Source: Candidatus Micrarchaeota archaeon
Lineage (GTDB): Archaea > Micrarchaeota > Micrarchaeia > Micrarchaeales > CABMGC01
DNA length: 64,000 bases
Assembly: GCA_021848025.1 (NCBI GenBank)
Contig: JAJZND010000011.1
Span: 16,664 to 80,663 of the forward strand
Direction: 5' to 3'
The notes under the pieces were generated by a model that made no database searches, was not told the DNA's origin, and worked only from the letters and a program-made list of their open reading frames with translations. A program made the translations under genes and the position numbers. Shown here in pieces: positions 19,577 to 28,197 of the stretch; within the stretch, counting starts at the first letter, position 1, and every line of letters starts with the position of its first letter.

Positions 19577-20875
19577 ATGATGGAGTTTATAGCTGATCTT
19601 CACCTGCATTCCAAGTATGCCGGAGCCTGCAGCGAACGTCTTGTACTAAGCGCAATGGCCCAAACTGCTCAGGTAAAAGGCATTGGATTGATAGCGACAG
19701 GAGATTTCACCCATCCGCTCTGGCTCAATGAGATAAAATCTACCCTCGAAGGAGAAGATGGAATATACAAGATAAAGGGGGGCAAGTCAGATACTAAGTT
19801 TGTCATAGGGGCAGAAGTATGCACTATTTACAGTGATAGCAGCAGTCAATCGCAGAAAATGGGAATGTTTAGTACAGACGGGCACGTGAAGAAGATACAC
19901 CATGTAATGCTTGCACCTGATCTGGAAACAGCAGAGCAGGTAAGCGAACAACTTGCGCGTTACGGAGACGTCGCCATGGACGGCAGGCCTATACTGAAAA
20001 TGAGCGCAAGCGAGCTTGTCGAGGCAGTAATGAGCATAAATAGCCGCAATGTCGTTTTTCCAGCACATTTATGGACTCCGTGGTTTGGGGTTCTGGGGGC
20101 CTTTTCCGGCTTAAATTCAATAGAGGAAGCATACAAAGATCAGACCAAGCACATATTTGCTGTTGATATGGGGCTTAGCAGTGATCCGCCGATGAACTGG
20201 AGAGTGTCAAAACTTGACAGGTATGCGCTGCTCGGTACCAGCGATGCACATTCGCTGCAGAAAATGGGGCGGAAGGCAACGATCTTTGACATCGGCAGCA
20301 AGCTTTCCTATGACTCTCTGGTTGCAGCTATAAAGGACCAGAAAATAAAGAAGACAGTCGATTTTTATCCAGAAGAGGGCAAGTACCATTATGATGGTCA
20401 CAGGAAGTGTAAGGTTTCTCTTACGCCGCCCCAAGCAAAAAAATACAATAACATCTGCCCTGTATGCAGGAAGAAGTTAACTATAGGCGTACTTCATCGA
20501 GTGGAGGAGCTTGCAGACAGGGCAGAGGGCTACAAACCATCAGATAGGCCTGGCTTTGTGCATATGGTTCCGCTTCTTGAGATAATATCGCATGTAACAA
20601 AAAAGGGGATAGGCACAGAGTATGTCAATAACGCATATAACATTCTTATTAAGAGGTTCGGAACAGAGTTCAACGTACTCCTTCATGCAGATGCTGTGGA
20701 GATAGAGGAAACGTTTAGCAGCGTGGGCAACGCCATAAAAAATGTCAGAAGCGGGCATGTGAATGTAATTCCAGGATACGATGGCGTTTTCGGGCAGATA
20801 GATATACTCCGCGAAAAGTCTCCTGCGCCAAGGGGTAGCGGCCAGCGGAGCATGTCTGATTATATCGAAAAATGA
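19577..20875 (+). CDS. endoQ: endonuclease Q-like PHP-domain nuclease (deaminated-base repair)
   Basis: Motifs are DLHLHSKY, FPAHLWTPW, GLSSD, GTSDAHS and GKYHYDGH. Also a Zn finger (CPVCRKKLTIGVLHRVEEL), RPGFVHMVPLLEII and a terminal IPGYDGVFGQI. Order and spacing match my memory of Pyrococcus EndoQ. Start taken at ATG 19577, 1 nt after the nth stop. Confidence 0.75.
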   Translation: MMEFIADLHLHSKYAGACSERLVLSAMAQTAQVKGIGLIATGDFTHPLWLNEIKSTLEGEDGIYKIKGGKSDTKFVIGAEVCTIYSDSSSQSQKMGMFSTDGHVKKIHHVMLAPDLETAEQVSEQLARYGDVAMDGRPILKMSASELVEAVMSINSRNVVFPAHLWTPWFGVLGAFSGLNSIEEAYKDQTKHIFAVDMGLSSDPPMNWRVSKLDRYALLGTSDAHSLQKMGRKATIFDIGSKLSYDSLVAAIKDQKIKKTVDFYPEEGKYHYDGHRKCKVSLTPPQAKKYNNICPVCRKKLTIGVLHRVEELADRAEGYKPSDRPGFVHMVPLLEIISHVTKKGIGTEYVNNAYNILIKRFGTEFNVLLHADAVEIEETFSSVGNAIKNVRSGHVNVIPGYDGVFGQIDILREKSPAPRGSGQRSMSDYIEK

Positions 20876-20956
20876 ACGGCAGGGCAGATCCCGCCATTTA
20901 GACAAAGCCAGTAAGCCATAATGTTTATCAAAAAATTGGAATAGCATGCAGCAATG

Positions 20957-20964
20957 TTTAAATA
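20957..20964 (+). promoter_or_regulatory. TATA box (TTTAAATA) 33 nt upstream of ATG 20997
   Basis: Exact copy of the recurrent TTTAAATA element in an intergenic region. Confidence 0.5.
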
Positions 20965-20996
20965 TGTGATTAAGAAAAAATTTCTATACTGGTATT

Positions 20997-21542
20997 ATGG
21001 CAGCTATCCAATTTAGTCAAAGCGACGAATCTGCGCTACGAAAGGCAGCAAGAGGCAGAAGCCTGCAGCCCGAGAAGCAGAATATTTCTCACCGCACGCT
21101 TGCCAGGTTCGAGTTTCCTGTAGGCAAGCATCTTGATGAAATGACCGGAAAAACTGCGAATAAGCCTCCGCTTATTGTGGAAAAAGAAATAAGCAGCAAG
21201 AATGCAGACGAAGTTGTAAAAAACTGGCCCGTGGGAGCAGCGCGGGCAAAGCTGGTCACCGAAGAGACTAGAATAGAGAATGGCACGGTAAGCGTGACCA
21301 GAGACGAGGAAAAAGGTTGGATTTACCGAGGAGGCACCATCTACACAATAAGCCAGGTAGAGATAGGGGGGCTCAAAGGCATAACGGGCGTAGCAAAAGA
21401 CGAGGTAGTGAAGGCTATGAAAAAAAACGGCCTAGAACGGGTGGTGCAGTCAGCAGGCGGGGTAGTTTATCCTTTATCGGAAGGGGATGTCTGCAAGCCT
21501 ATTCCTTTTAAGAAAAACGCAAGGGGCGTTGCCGGGCAATAG
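20997..21542 (+). CDS. hypothetical protein
   Basis: 181 aa, soluble, no recognised motif. It has its own TATA box. Confidence 0.5.
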   Translation: MAAIQFSQSDESALRKAARGRSLQPEKQNISHRTLARFEFPVGKHLDEMTGKTANKPPLIVEKEISSKNADEVVKNWPVGAARAKLVTEETRIENGTVSVTRDEEKGWIYRGGTIYTISQVEIGGLKGITGVAKDEVVKAMKKNGLERVVQSAGGVVYPLSEGDVCKPIPFKKNARGVAGQ

Positions 21543-21559
21543 TCAGACTGTGCGTTCAA

Positions 21560-23014
21560 TTATTTTATTGTTGTGGAGATAGTGACCGTAGGCATTACTC
21601 CATATGGGGGCGTTGACCTGACACGCAGCCACTGGAGGAAAACTGCGGGGTTTCCGCTGCTTGCTCCTACTGTTATGAAATCCACTAGGGTAGGCTCAAA
21701 GGAGTTCGAGTTAGTGTAAGTAGCGCCGTAGTTTATCGATGCGCTGCTGTTCGAGGCTGTAGCAGATATGCTGATCAAGCCAGTTACGCCAGTAGACGAT
21801 CCTATCGGTATGCTATAACTGCTTGATACCGAATTGTTGTTGACCAGGTAGTATGCATTGTTGTCCGATGTAATGGCATACCTTGAATATGGTATGCTGA
21901 CAAGCCAGCCTATGTAATCGCCGTTGTTTCCAGGACCAGAATTTATCTGACCGTAGGCGTCAAGCGTCTCGGTCTGCGGATTGAATCCATTCACGTATGT
22001 TGCAACTTCCGATCCTGATGTCGTGGAGAGCGTGAGGCCGTCGTCGATCCCTCCAGCACTAGACGGCTGTATGTCCCAGCCGCTTGGCACCGAGGTGCCA
22101 GCAAAATCAGTATAATAATCAAAAACCAGTGCTCCATTATCGTACTGGCCGTATGACGGGCTTAGCGTAGGTGCTTCGCCGGTAGGCCCATCTGCAGACA
22201 TGACATTGGTGGGCATAAAGTTCATGTATATCTGTACTGTTTTACCTGCAGGTATGCCGGAAGGAACATTTACCCACACAACAGTGTTTGCCGCGGTATT
22301 GCTCGCCCCGCTCTCCACCCATGCCTCCAAGGTAGAGCCTGTACCCATTGGTCCTGTGCTGAATTCTACGTTATCCCAGTTAGGGCTTATTACGTTCGAA
22401 AATTCAGCGCTGTCTATAATTATCTTCTGCTCAAACGGAGCAGATGTGCTTATGGGCTCCAGGTTCGTCAGGCTTAGTGGCACATACTCTATTACATTTG
22501 CGTTAATTGAATTTGTAGTCAATGTCGATATAGTTGATACGGGCACTTCCAGGCTTCCGTAAATAAGGCCTGAAAGGCCTGTAGCATCATTAGTATAGTT
22601 TACCACTATCGTGCCTGTAAAGAAAGATCCTATTTTGCCTGAAAAAGGCGATGCATCATTATAACATTGCACTTCGAATGTATAATTGGAGTTGTCCGTA
22701 AGCTCTACTTGGTTTGAAGGCGGATTGACCGGAGCCTGCATCGTACCTATTGTATTGGAAGTGCCGCATCCTATGCTTGTGATGTTTATTGGCTCTTGTG
22801 CATAGTGGCCTAAATTCAGGTATAAAATCCCCGAATTGGCCATCACGAAGCTTATGCACGAGAGGCTGCTCTGCGCTATAAGGCACTTGGGATGCTGCAG
22901 AGAACTGGGGTTTGCCAACCCAAAATAATAGAATGCAACAAGAACTACAGTAACTATCAGAATCAGCCATCCATATGTTGTAAGGTATTCCATTGCACTC
23001 TGTAGTTTTCTCAT
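21560..23014 (-). CDS. type IV pilin-like surface protein (class III signal peptide) with DUF2341-like C-terminal domain
   Basis: N-terminus MRKLQSAMEYLTTYGW followed by a hydrophobic helix. The C-terminal half carries a NWDNVEF...LEAWVESGASNTAANTVVWVNVP...IYMNF pattern that I recall as DUF2341-like. Several N-x-S/T sequons. Paralog of 23019..24515. Confidence 0.75.
   Translation of the reverse strand: MRKLQSAMEYLTTYGWLILIVTVVLVAFYYFGLANPSSLQHPKCLIAQSSLSCISFVMANSGILYLNLGHYAQEPINITSIGCGTSNTIGTMQAPVNPPSNQVELTDNSNYTFEVQCYNDASPFSGKIGSFFTGTIVVNYTNDATGLSGLIYGSLEVPVSTISTLTTNSINANVIEYVPLSLTNLEPISTSAPFEQKIIIDSAEFSNVISPNWDNVEFSTGPMGTGSTLEAWVESGASNTAANTVVWVNVPSGIPAGKTVQIYMNFMPTNVMSADGPTGEAPTLSPSYGQYDNGALVFDYYTDFAGTSVPSGWDIQPSSAGGIDDGLTLSTTSGSEVATYVNGFNPQTETLDAYGQINSGPGNNGDYIGWLVSIPYSRYAITSDNNAYYLVNNNSVSSSYSIPIGSSTGVTGLISISATASNSSASINYGATYTNSNSFEPTLVDFITVGASSGNPAVFLQWLRVRSTPPYGVMPTVTISTTIK
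22269..22324. repeat. 56-nt patch, 55/56 identical to 23752..23807
   Basis: Direct comparison: tttacccacacaacagtgtttgccgcGgtattgctcgccccgctctccacccatgc versus the same string with A at the capitalised base. Flanking sequence is strongly diverged. Confidence 0.9.
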
Positions 23015-23018
23015 TCTC

Positions 23019-24515
23019 TTACCCTGTCTTGCTCAATGCGCTTAGTGAGAACGAAGGCATAAAGCCATTTGGCGGCATCGCTCTTATCCTAAGCCATTGC
23101 ACGAATGTAGTAGGACCATTCTCTATGTTGTAAAAGTCAAGATATTCTGTTGGCTCAACCGTGAAGTCGTTAGTGTTTGAAATTTGCGAGCCGTAATTCA
23201 CCATGGCCATGCTTCCGGTGGCGCCAGCCCAGACGCTAAAGAGTTCGGGTGTGCCGAAGGAACTTATACCAAGATTCACATTTGATGCGCCGCTTGGATC
23301 GAGGTTATATAGGGAATAGCTTCCTGACGCCTGCGAAATAGTTTGGAAAACAGATGTGCTTGGCGGTATGTATCTGGTTGGGCCTATAAACTGCTGATTA
23401 AGAGTGCCAGAGGCAGAAATATCTCCATAGAAATCCACTATTTCTGTTGCCGGATTGTAGCTGTCCACGTAAATGGCCATGTCCCAGTTGTATGTGTTAG
23501 GATAATTTTCTACGGTCATGCCATCGTTTATAACTACCGCAGTGGATGGCACTGCCTCCCAGTTTGCCGGAAGAGACGTTCCCTTGAAATTTGTATAATA
23601 ATTGAATACCTGCGCGCCATCATCATACTGGCCGTAAAATGCGCTTAGCGTAGGCGCTTCGCCGGTAGGCCCGGCAATGCTAAGCACATTATTCGTCGCG
23701 AAATCCATATATATCGTAATGGAATTGCCCGCTCCGATGCCATTTGGCAAGTTTACCCACACAACAGTGTTTGCCGCAGTATTGCTCGCCCCGCTCTCCA
23801 CCCATGCATTTAGATAAGTATTACCAAGAGTGCCCGGCACATCTGTGGAGAATTCTACATTGCTCCATCCGGAGTTTATATAATTTCCATAAGCTGCGCT
23901 GTCTATCGTGAGTTTTTGCTGGAACGGGCTTGGCGTGCCTATGCTCTGCGAATTAGTTATTGTAATTGGAACATAATACGTAGCTGATAGCTGATTGCCG
24001 GATGCAGGCAGGCCTATGGTTGAAGACACAACAGTAGATAGCTGGCCCTTGATTACTCCTGTGAAACCATTTACATTATCTTTGTAATATATGGTCAGAT
24101 ATCCACGGAATGGGGTGCCGATAGGCCCTGAGAAAAGGCTGTTCTGATTGTAGCATTCCAGATATATGGTGGCGTTTGCACCAGCCAAGACTTCTACCTG
24201 ATTGGATGGAGGGTTTATTGGAGCCTGCAGGCTCGTTGCATCCTGCTGTTCGTTGCATGATACGCCTGTCACGTTTATTGGATCCTGGGTGCCTTGTTCC
24301 AGGTTAAGAACAAGTACGCCTGAGTCGGAAAGCACGCTGCCTATACAGCCAAAGCCAGCCTGCAATGTGCATGATTGCGTGGCGTATGTATTGGCGTTCA
24401 GGAAGCCAAGGGCATAAAACACTACTATTACCAGAGCAATTATGATTATGGCCCAGCCATATGTCATAAGGTACTCCATTGCACTCTGAAGCCTGAATCG
24501 CGATTGTTCTTTCAT
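23019..24515 (-). CDS. type IV pilin-like surface protein (class III signal peptide) with DUF2341-like C-terminal domain
   Basis: MKEQSRFRLQSAMEYLMTYGW plus a hydrophobic helix, with the same domain order as 21560..23014. Start placed at ATG 24515 for a short basic signal peptide. The ORF is open up to ATG 24578, which also has a TATA-like TTTTAAAT 17 nt upstream. Confidence 0.7.
   Translation of the reverse strand: MKEQSRFRLQSAMEYLMTYGWAIIIIALVIVVFYALGFLNANTYATQSCTLQAGFGCIGSVLSDSGVLVLNLEQGTQDPINVTGVSCNEQQDATSLQAPINPPSNQVEVLAGANATIYLECYNQNSLFSGPIGTPFRGYLTIYYKDNVNGFTGVIKGQLSTVVSSTIGLPASGNQLSATYYVPITITNSQSIGTPSPFQQKLTIDSAAYGNYINSGWSNVEFSTDVPGTLGNTYLNAWVESGASNTAANTVVWVNLPNGIGAGNSITIYMDFATNNVLSIAGPTGEAPTLSAFYGQYDDGAQVFNYYTNFKGTSLPANWEAVPSTAVVINDGMTVENYPNTYNWDMAIYVDSYNPATEIVDFYGDISASGTLNQQFIGPTRYIPPSTSVFQTISQASGSYSLYNLDPSGASNVNLGISSFGTPELFSVWAGATGSMAMVNYGSQISNTNDFTVEPTEYLDFYNIENGPTTFVQWLRIRAMPPNGFMPSFSLSALSKTG
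23752..23807. repeat. 56-nt patch, 55/56 identical to 22269..22324
   Basis: See 22269..22324. Encodes WVESGASNTAANTVVWVN in both paralogs. Confidence 0.9.
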
Positions 24516-24633
24516 ATGTTTCAGTATATACGAGATGATAGCTTTTATTAATTTTACTAAGAGAAAGAAACCAGCCATGCCCGATATGCAGATGAATTTA
24601 AAAGCTTGTTTTGCATAATTAAACGGTGTTCAG

Positions 24634-25044
24634 ATGGCACTAAACACGCTGAAGAAGCTCTCGCTAAATGAATTAATAACTTCCTTGCATGATCTAATAA
24701 GTTCATTCAGCAGGGGGCTAGGCAAGATAATACAAAAGAATGAGGAGCTGCAGACCAAGGACCTAGACGAGCTTCGCGAACATATTCAGGCGAGACTCAA
24801 TGCAGGCGAAGAGAAAGTTGACAACGAGAAACTTCTTAAGCTGATAGACCTGCTTAAAGATGATAAAAATGCATTTGACCTCATGAGCAAGGACGTTAGC
24901 GAGTGGCTGGAGTTCCTCGATGCGATAGAAGAGCATATAGGGGAGGGCGTGATGGGCCTTGGAGCCGGAGAGCAGGAAAAACTTCAGGAGCTCAAAGAGA
25001 ACCTCTTTGAGCTAAAGGAGATGCTTAGAGACAAGGGAAAATAA
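24634..25044 (+). CDS. hypothetical acidic coiled-coil protein
   Basis: 136 aa, E/K/L-rich heptad-like sequence. Divergent from the pilin pair. Confidence 0.5.
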   Translation: MALNTLKKLSLNELITSLHDLISSFSRGLGKIIQKNEELQTKDLDELREHIQARLNAGEEKVDNEKLLKLIDLLKDDKNAFDLMSKDVSEWLEFLDAIEEHIGEGVMGLGAGEQEKLQELKENLFELKEMLRDKGK

Positions 25045-25172
25045 TCAAAGTCCCTACAGCGATAGTCCATGCAAAGTCTCTTGGCAATTGTTTGCAGAAA
25101 TAACTGCAATTCATGCCCCTGACAGCTTCACTGTAGATTGTAAGAAGATGAAAACAACTGTTTTTGGCGTTA

Positions 25173-25256
25173 GGCAAAATCTGGGAAAGACTTGTCCTAC
25201 GTGCTTCACTGCTGCTGCCTAAGAGCTCTATGCACTGTTTTCCTCAGATTTTGTCC
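25173..25256. other. imperfect inverted repeat (16/18 nt arms, about 50 nt loop) in a convergent intergenic region
   Basis: The reverse complement of ggcaaaatctgggaaa (25173..25188) matches tttcctcagattttgtcc (25239..25256) with one bulge and one mismatch. Each arm is followed by CTTGTCCT. Confidence 0.4.
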
Positions 25257-25283
25257 AGGCCTTGTCCTTAGCTGCGCGTGCGG

Positions 25284-25697
25284 CTAACCTGATGTTCTTC
25301 TGCGTATCTCTTCTAGCTGCTTTACCCTTTCAGGAGACTTCTCCTTAGAGAGTACCATCACGCTTACAGAAGGGCCTGACACATCAAGACCGTAGGGTCC
25401 AATCCCAATCTCGCCTCTACCGTTTACCGTATAATTCACACGTGCTCTAGCAACAATCCAGTCGCCATTTTTACCGGCACCGACACGCTCCTCCTGTCTA
25501 GTCACCGGGTTCAAGCCAATTACCTCAAAGTCTCCGGCCATCTTCCTAGCGAGTTCGCTGAAACCACCCATAGGCCTGCCTCTGGCGCCTCTGATAGTTT
25601 CATGCCGCTCAACAATATCGTTTCTTCGAGCACCTTCCATTAGCGCTTTTTCCAAACTAGCTCCATTCGCCTTATCTAAAACTATTCTCTGCATCAT
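25284..25697 (-). CDS. hypothetical protein
   Basis: About 137 aa from the ATGATG at 25697. An AATATATG element lies about 25 nt upstream, and the track ORF extends to 25781. No recognised motif. Confidence 0.45.
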   Translation of the reverse strand: MMQRIVLDKANGASLEKALMEGARRNDIVERHETIRGARGRPMGGFSELARKMAGDFEVIGLNPVTRQEERVGAGKNGDWIVARARVNYTVNGRGEIGIGPYGLDVSGPSVSVMVLSKEKSPERVKQLEEIRRRTSG

Positions 25698-25837
25698 AAT
25701 CACCTGTACTACATATATTGCATTTTTTGATATATGAGACTTATTACTGAAAATTGCATCGCATCCCACATATATATTCATTTCTCAAGAGAGTGACTAT
25801 CGTCTACAATGAAAAACACCGCACATTCAGTAACATA

Positions 25838-25845
25838 TTTAAATA
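25838..25845 (+). promoter_or_regulatory. TATA box (TTTAAATA) 21 nt upstream of ATG 25866
   Basis: Exact recurrent element in an intergenic region. Confidence 0.5.
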
Positions 25846-25865
25846 TTTAATACAGAATTATAGCT

Positions 25866-27731
25866 ATGAAAATGAATATTTTATTTATAGCGCTAGGCCT
25901 TTCTCTTTTTTCCATTTCGAATGCATATGTAGTATCCATACACGCTCCTGCAGTCCTTTCCAATGAGTATAAGGGAATCTTGACTGTGATAAGCCTCAAT
26001 GTGACGCAGGGTAATGGCCAAGTTTCGATAATCGGACCACTTAATGTTTCGGAAAGCACGCAGCTCTCAGCTCATCAGGCGGTGGACTATGCAGTCCAGT
26101 ACCTTGGCATAAGCGCAAAAAGATATAATTTTACTTATACAATAGAAGGAATAAATACGGATGTGTCAGGGCCTAGTGCAGGTTTAGCATTTACTTTGCT
26201 GGCAATAGACGGCTTAAACCACAGGCAACCGTACAATGGATTCACGCTTACCGGCACCATAAATGCAAACGGCACGGTTGGGCTGATAGGCGGCATATAC
26301 GACAAGGCTGGCGCTGCGGCTCAGAACGGCATGAGATACATAGTAGTGCCATACGCCCCAAACGGATCCGAGGAAAACTTCCTATATTATCTTTCACAGC
26401 AGACATACAACATACCTGTAGTAGAGGTTAAGAATGTCTCCCAAGCACTTATCTATGCAAATAGCGATCAGAGCCAGCTTGCGGAGAATAACCGAGTATC
26501 ATATTCTTTTCCAAGTGTCAACTACTTAGTAGCTTCACTGCCTAATGCCAACGTAACATGCACTAACTGCAATACGAGCTACTTCTCTCAGCTTGACAAC
26601 TTTACATTCAATCTGACCAGAGGCGAAATAGAGAGCATAAGCGGAAATTATACCAGCCTAAAACCTGCTCTGCTAGCGCAATTGGGCACTTACGAGAGCA
26701 TATCAAAAAAGGGCTACTTATACGCTGCGGCTGACCTCTCATTTCTGGAGTATATCAATGCATTTGATCTTGCAAATCAAGGCGACTTCGGACTGGCACC
26801 GGCAGAGAGCTTCGTCTCCAATGTCTCGTCATACTGCTCTTCGCTAACCCAACCTCAGATGACGAATCTCAACTACGAATACCTTATAAGCGGCCAAGTA
26901 AGGCAGGAGTGGGGTGAGAGCAATATAGCAACAGTCTCGGCAGAGCTCAACAATTCAAATGTCACTGATTCGACAGATGCTATAATAATAGAAATGCAAG
27001 GAGCAGCCGAGTCGTATGCATGGTGCGTTTCAGCATCAAAGATGTTCGGCATAGCTGCCTCAATTGGAGGAAATGCCACCCAATTTTCATCAGGTATAAA
27101 GAATAAGGCATTGCAGTATCTGAATACCGCAAAGCAGTACAGCACCCAGAGTATCTATACAATTGCAGCGGAGAACGCCTATAACAGCGGAGAATATGGA
27201 GCATCAATATACAGCTCCATTTACTCTTCTACACTTGGCAACTCCCAGGCTACAGCCGGTCTTAGCAGCGGTGCAATACTGAACATGACATACAAATATG
27301 CTGTCAATGCAACCTTTGGCGAGTGGCCAGCTCAATTTGCAAACTCTGCAATCTTCTACGCAGATGAGGCAAAGCTTCACGGTGGAAATGAGGCAGCAAA
27401 CATAACCTCTGCCTTCTCATTGACTATGCTGGCAGACAGCCTCTCTACGGTCAATAGCCAGGTCATCGCTGCGGAAATGGTTCCTGTTGCAGTAGTGCAG
27501 AACTCTTCCACTATTACACCAGCGCAATCACAGCCAAGCGCAGCTTTAACAGCCAGTCTGCAGTCAGAGATTAACCTGTTGGAAGTGATTCTGGGGTTAG
27601 TTGTTATCATAATGGCCTCTTTGGTAGTAACACTGATAGTCACCATTATGAAGCTTAATGCGCTTGAGCAAAAACTCGAAAGGAGAAATGCGGAAGTTAA
27701 GGCAGGTTCAGGCAAGCGCAGCAGAAGATGA
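25866..27731 (+). CDS. secreted, C-terminally anchored protein with a Lon C-terminal (S16)-like serine protease domain
   Basis: N-terminal signal-like helix. Lon-type Ser motif DVSGPSAGLAF and Lys region GLIGGIYDKAGAAAQNGMRYIVVP. A roughly 400 aa unknown region follows, then a C-terminal TM helix and basic tail (KRSRR). Roughly twenty N-x-S/T sequons by eye. Confidence 0.7.
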   Translation: MKMNILFIALGLSLFSISNAYVVSIHAPAVLSNEYKGILTVISLNVTQGNGQVSIIGPLNVSESTQLSAHQAVDYAVQYLGISAKRYNFTYTIEGINTDVSGPSAGLAFTLLAIDGLNHRQPYNGFTLTGTINANGTVGLIGGIYDKAGAAAQNGMRYIVVPYAPNGSEENFLYYLSQQTYNIPVVEVKNVSQALIYANSDQSQLAENNRVSYSFPSVNYLVASLPNANVTCTNCNTSYFSQLDNFTFNLTRGEIESISGNYTSLKPALLAQLGTYESISKKGYLYAAADLSFLEYINAFDLANQGDFGLAPAESFVSNVSSYCSSLTQPQMTNLNYEYLISGQVRQEWGESNIATVSAELNNSNVTDSTDAIIIEMQGAAESYAWCVSASKMFGIAASIGGNATQFSSGIKNKALQYLNTAKQYSTQSIYTIAAENAYNSGEYGASIYSSIYSSTLGNSQATAGLSSGAILNMTYKYAVNATFGEWPAQFANSAIFYADEAKLHGGNEAANITSAFSLTMLADSLSTVNSQVIAAEMVPVAVVQNSSTITPAQSQPSAALTASLQSEINLLEVILGLVVIIMASLVVTLIVTIMKLNALEQKLERRNAEVKAGSGKRSRR

Positions 27732-27735
27732 GTAG

Positions 27736-28197
27736 TTGCCTGAAAACGAAGACCCGTTTTGCAGTAAAGAAATAATCTGGCACACATTCTACATGACAAA
27801 GCATACGCGCGCAGTTTATGATATAGCACCTGTTTTACCGGGCCACTGCCTTGTAATGCCAATAAGGCATGTGCTGGATATAAGGCAGCTTAGCGAGGCG
27901 GAGATGCTGGACATGTTTAATGTAATAAAGAAAATAGCGCCTGCTCTGCTAAGGCTCTACAATGCAAGCGATGAGTCATATAGCCTCACTGCACAGATAG
28001 GCCCATATTCGGGCATGAGTGTAAGACATCTACACATTCACTTCATACCGCGCAACAAGGACGATATTTTCCAAAGCTCAGGCAGCGATATCTATTATCA
28101 GATAGAAAGGTCAAAAAAGATAAGTATGGAGGAAATGCAGAGGAATGTGCAGATGCTGCGCAGCGAACTAAAGTGGAGCGAGGATAAGGGCAATTAG
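27736..28197 (+). CDS. HIT family (histidine triad) protein
   Basis: Histidine triad HLHIHFIPR and upstream PVLPGHCLVMPIRHV. TTG start at 27736, needed to include the conserved N-terminal FC..I segment. Confidence 0.85.
   Translation: MPENEDPFCSKEIIWHTFYMTKHTRAVYDIAPVLPGHCLVMPIRHVLDIRQLSEAEMLDMFNVIKKIAPALLRLYNASDESYSLTAQIGPYSGMSVRHLHIHFIPRNKDDIFQSSGSDIYYQIERSKKISMEEMQRNVQMLRSELKWSEDKGN

Noticed and set aside
21560-24578. The near-identical 56-nt patches in the two pilin paralogs as a template/variable repeat pair of a diversity-generating retroelement.
   Set aside because: There is no reverse transcriptase in the window. The two copies differ at a single G/A position rather than showing the adenine-specific mutational pattern across many sites. 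Both copies lie in coding sequence in the same frame.
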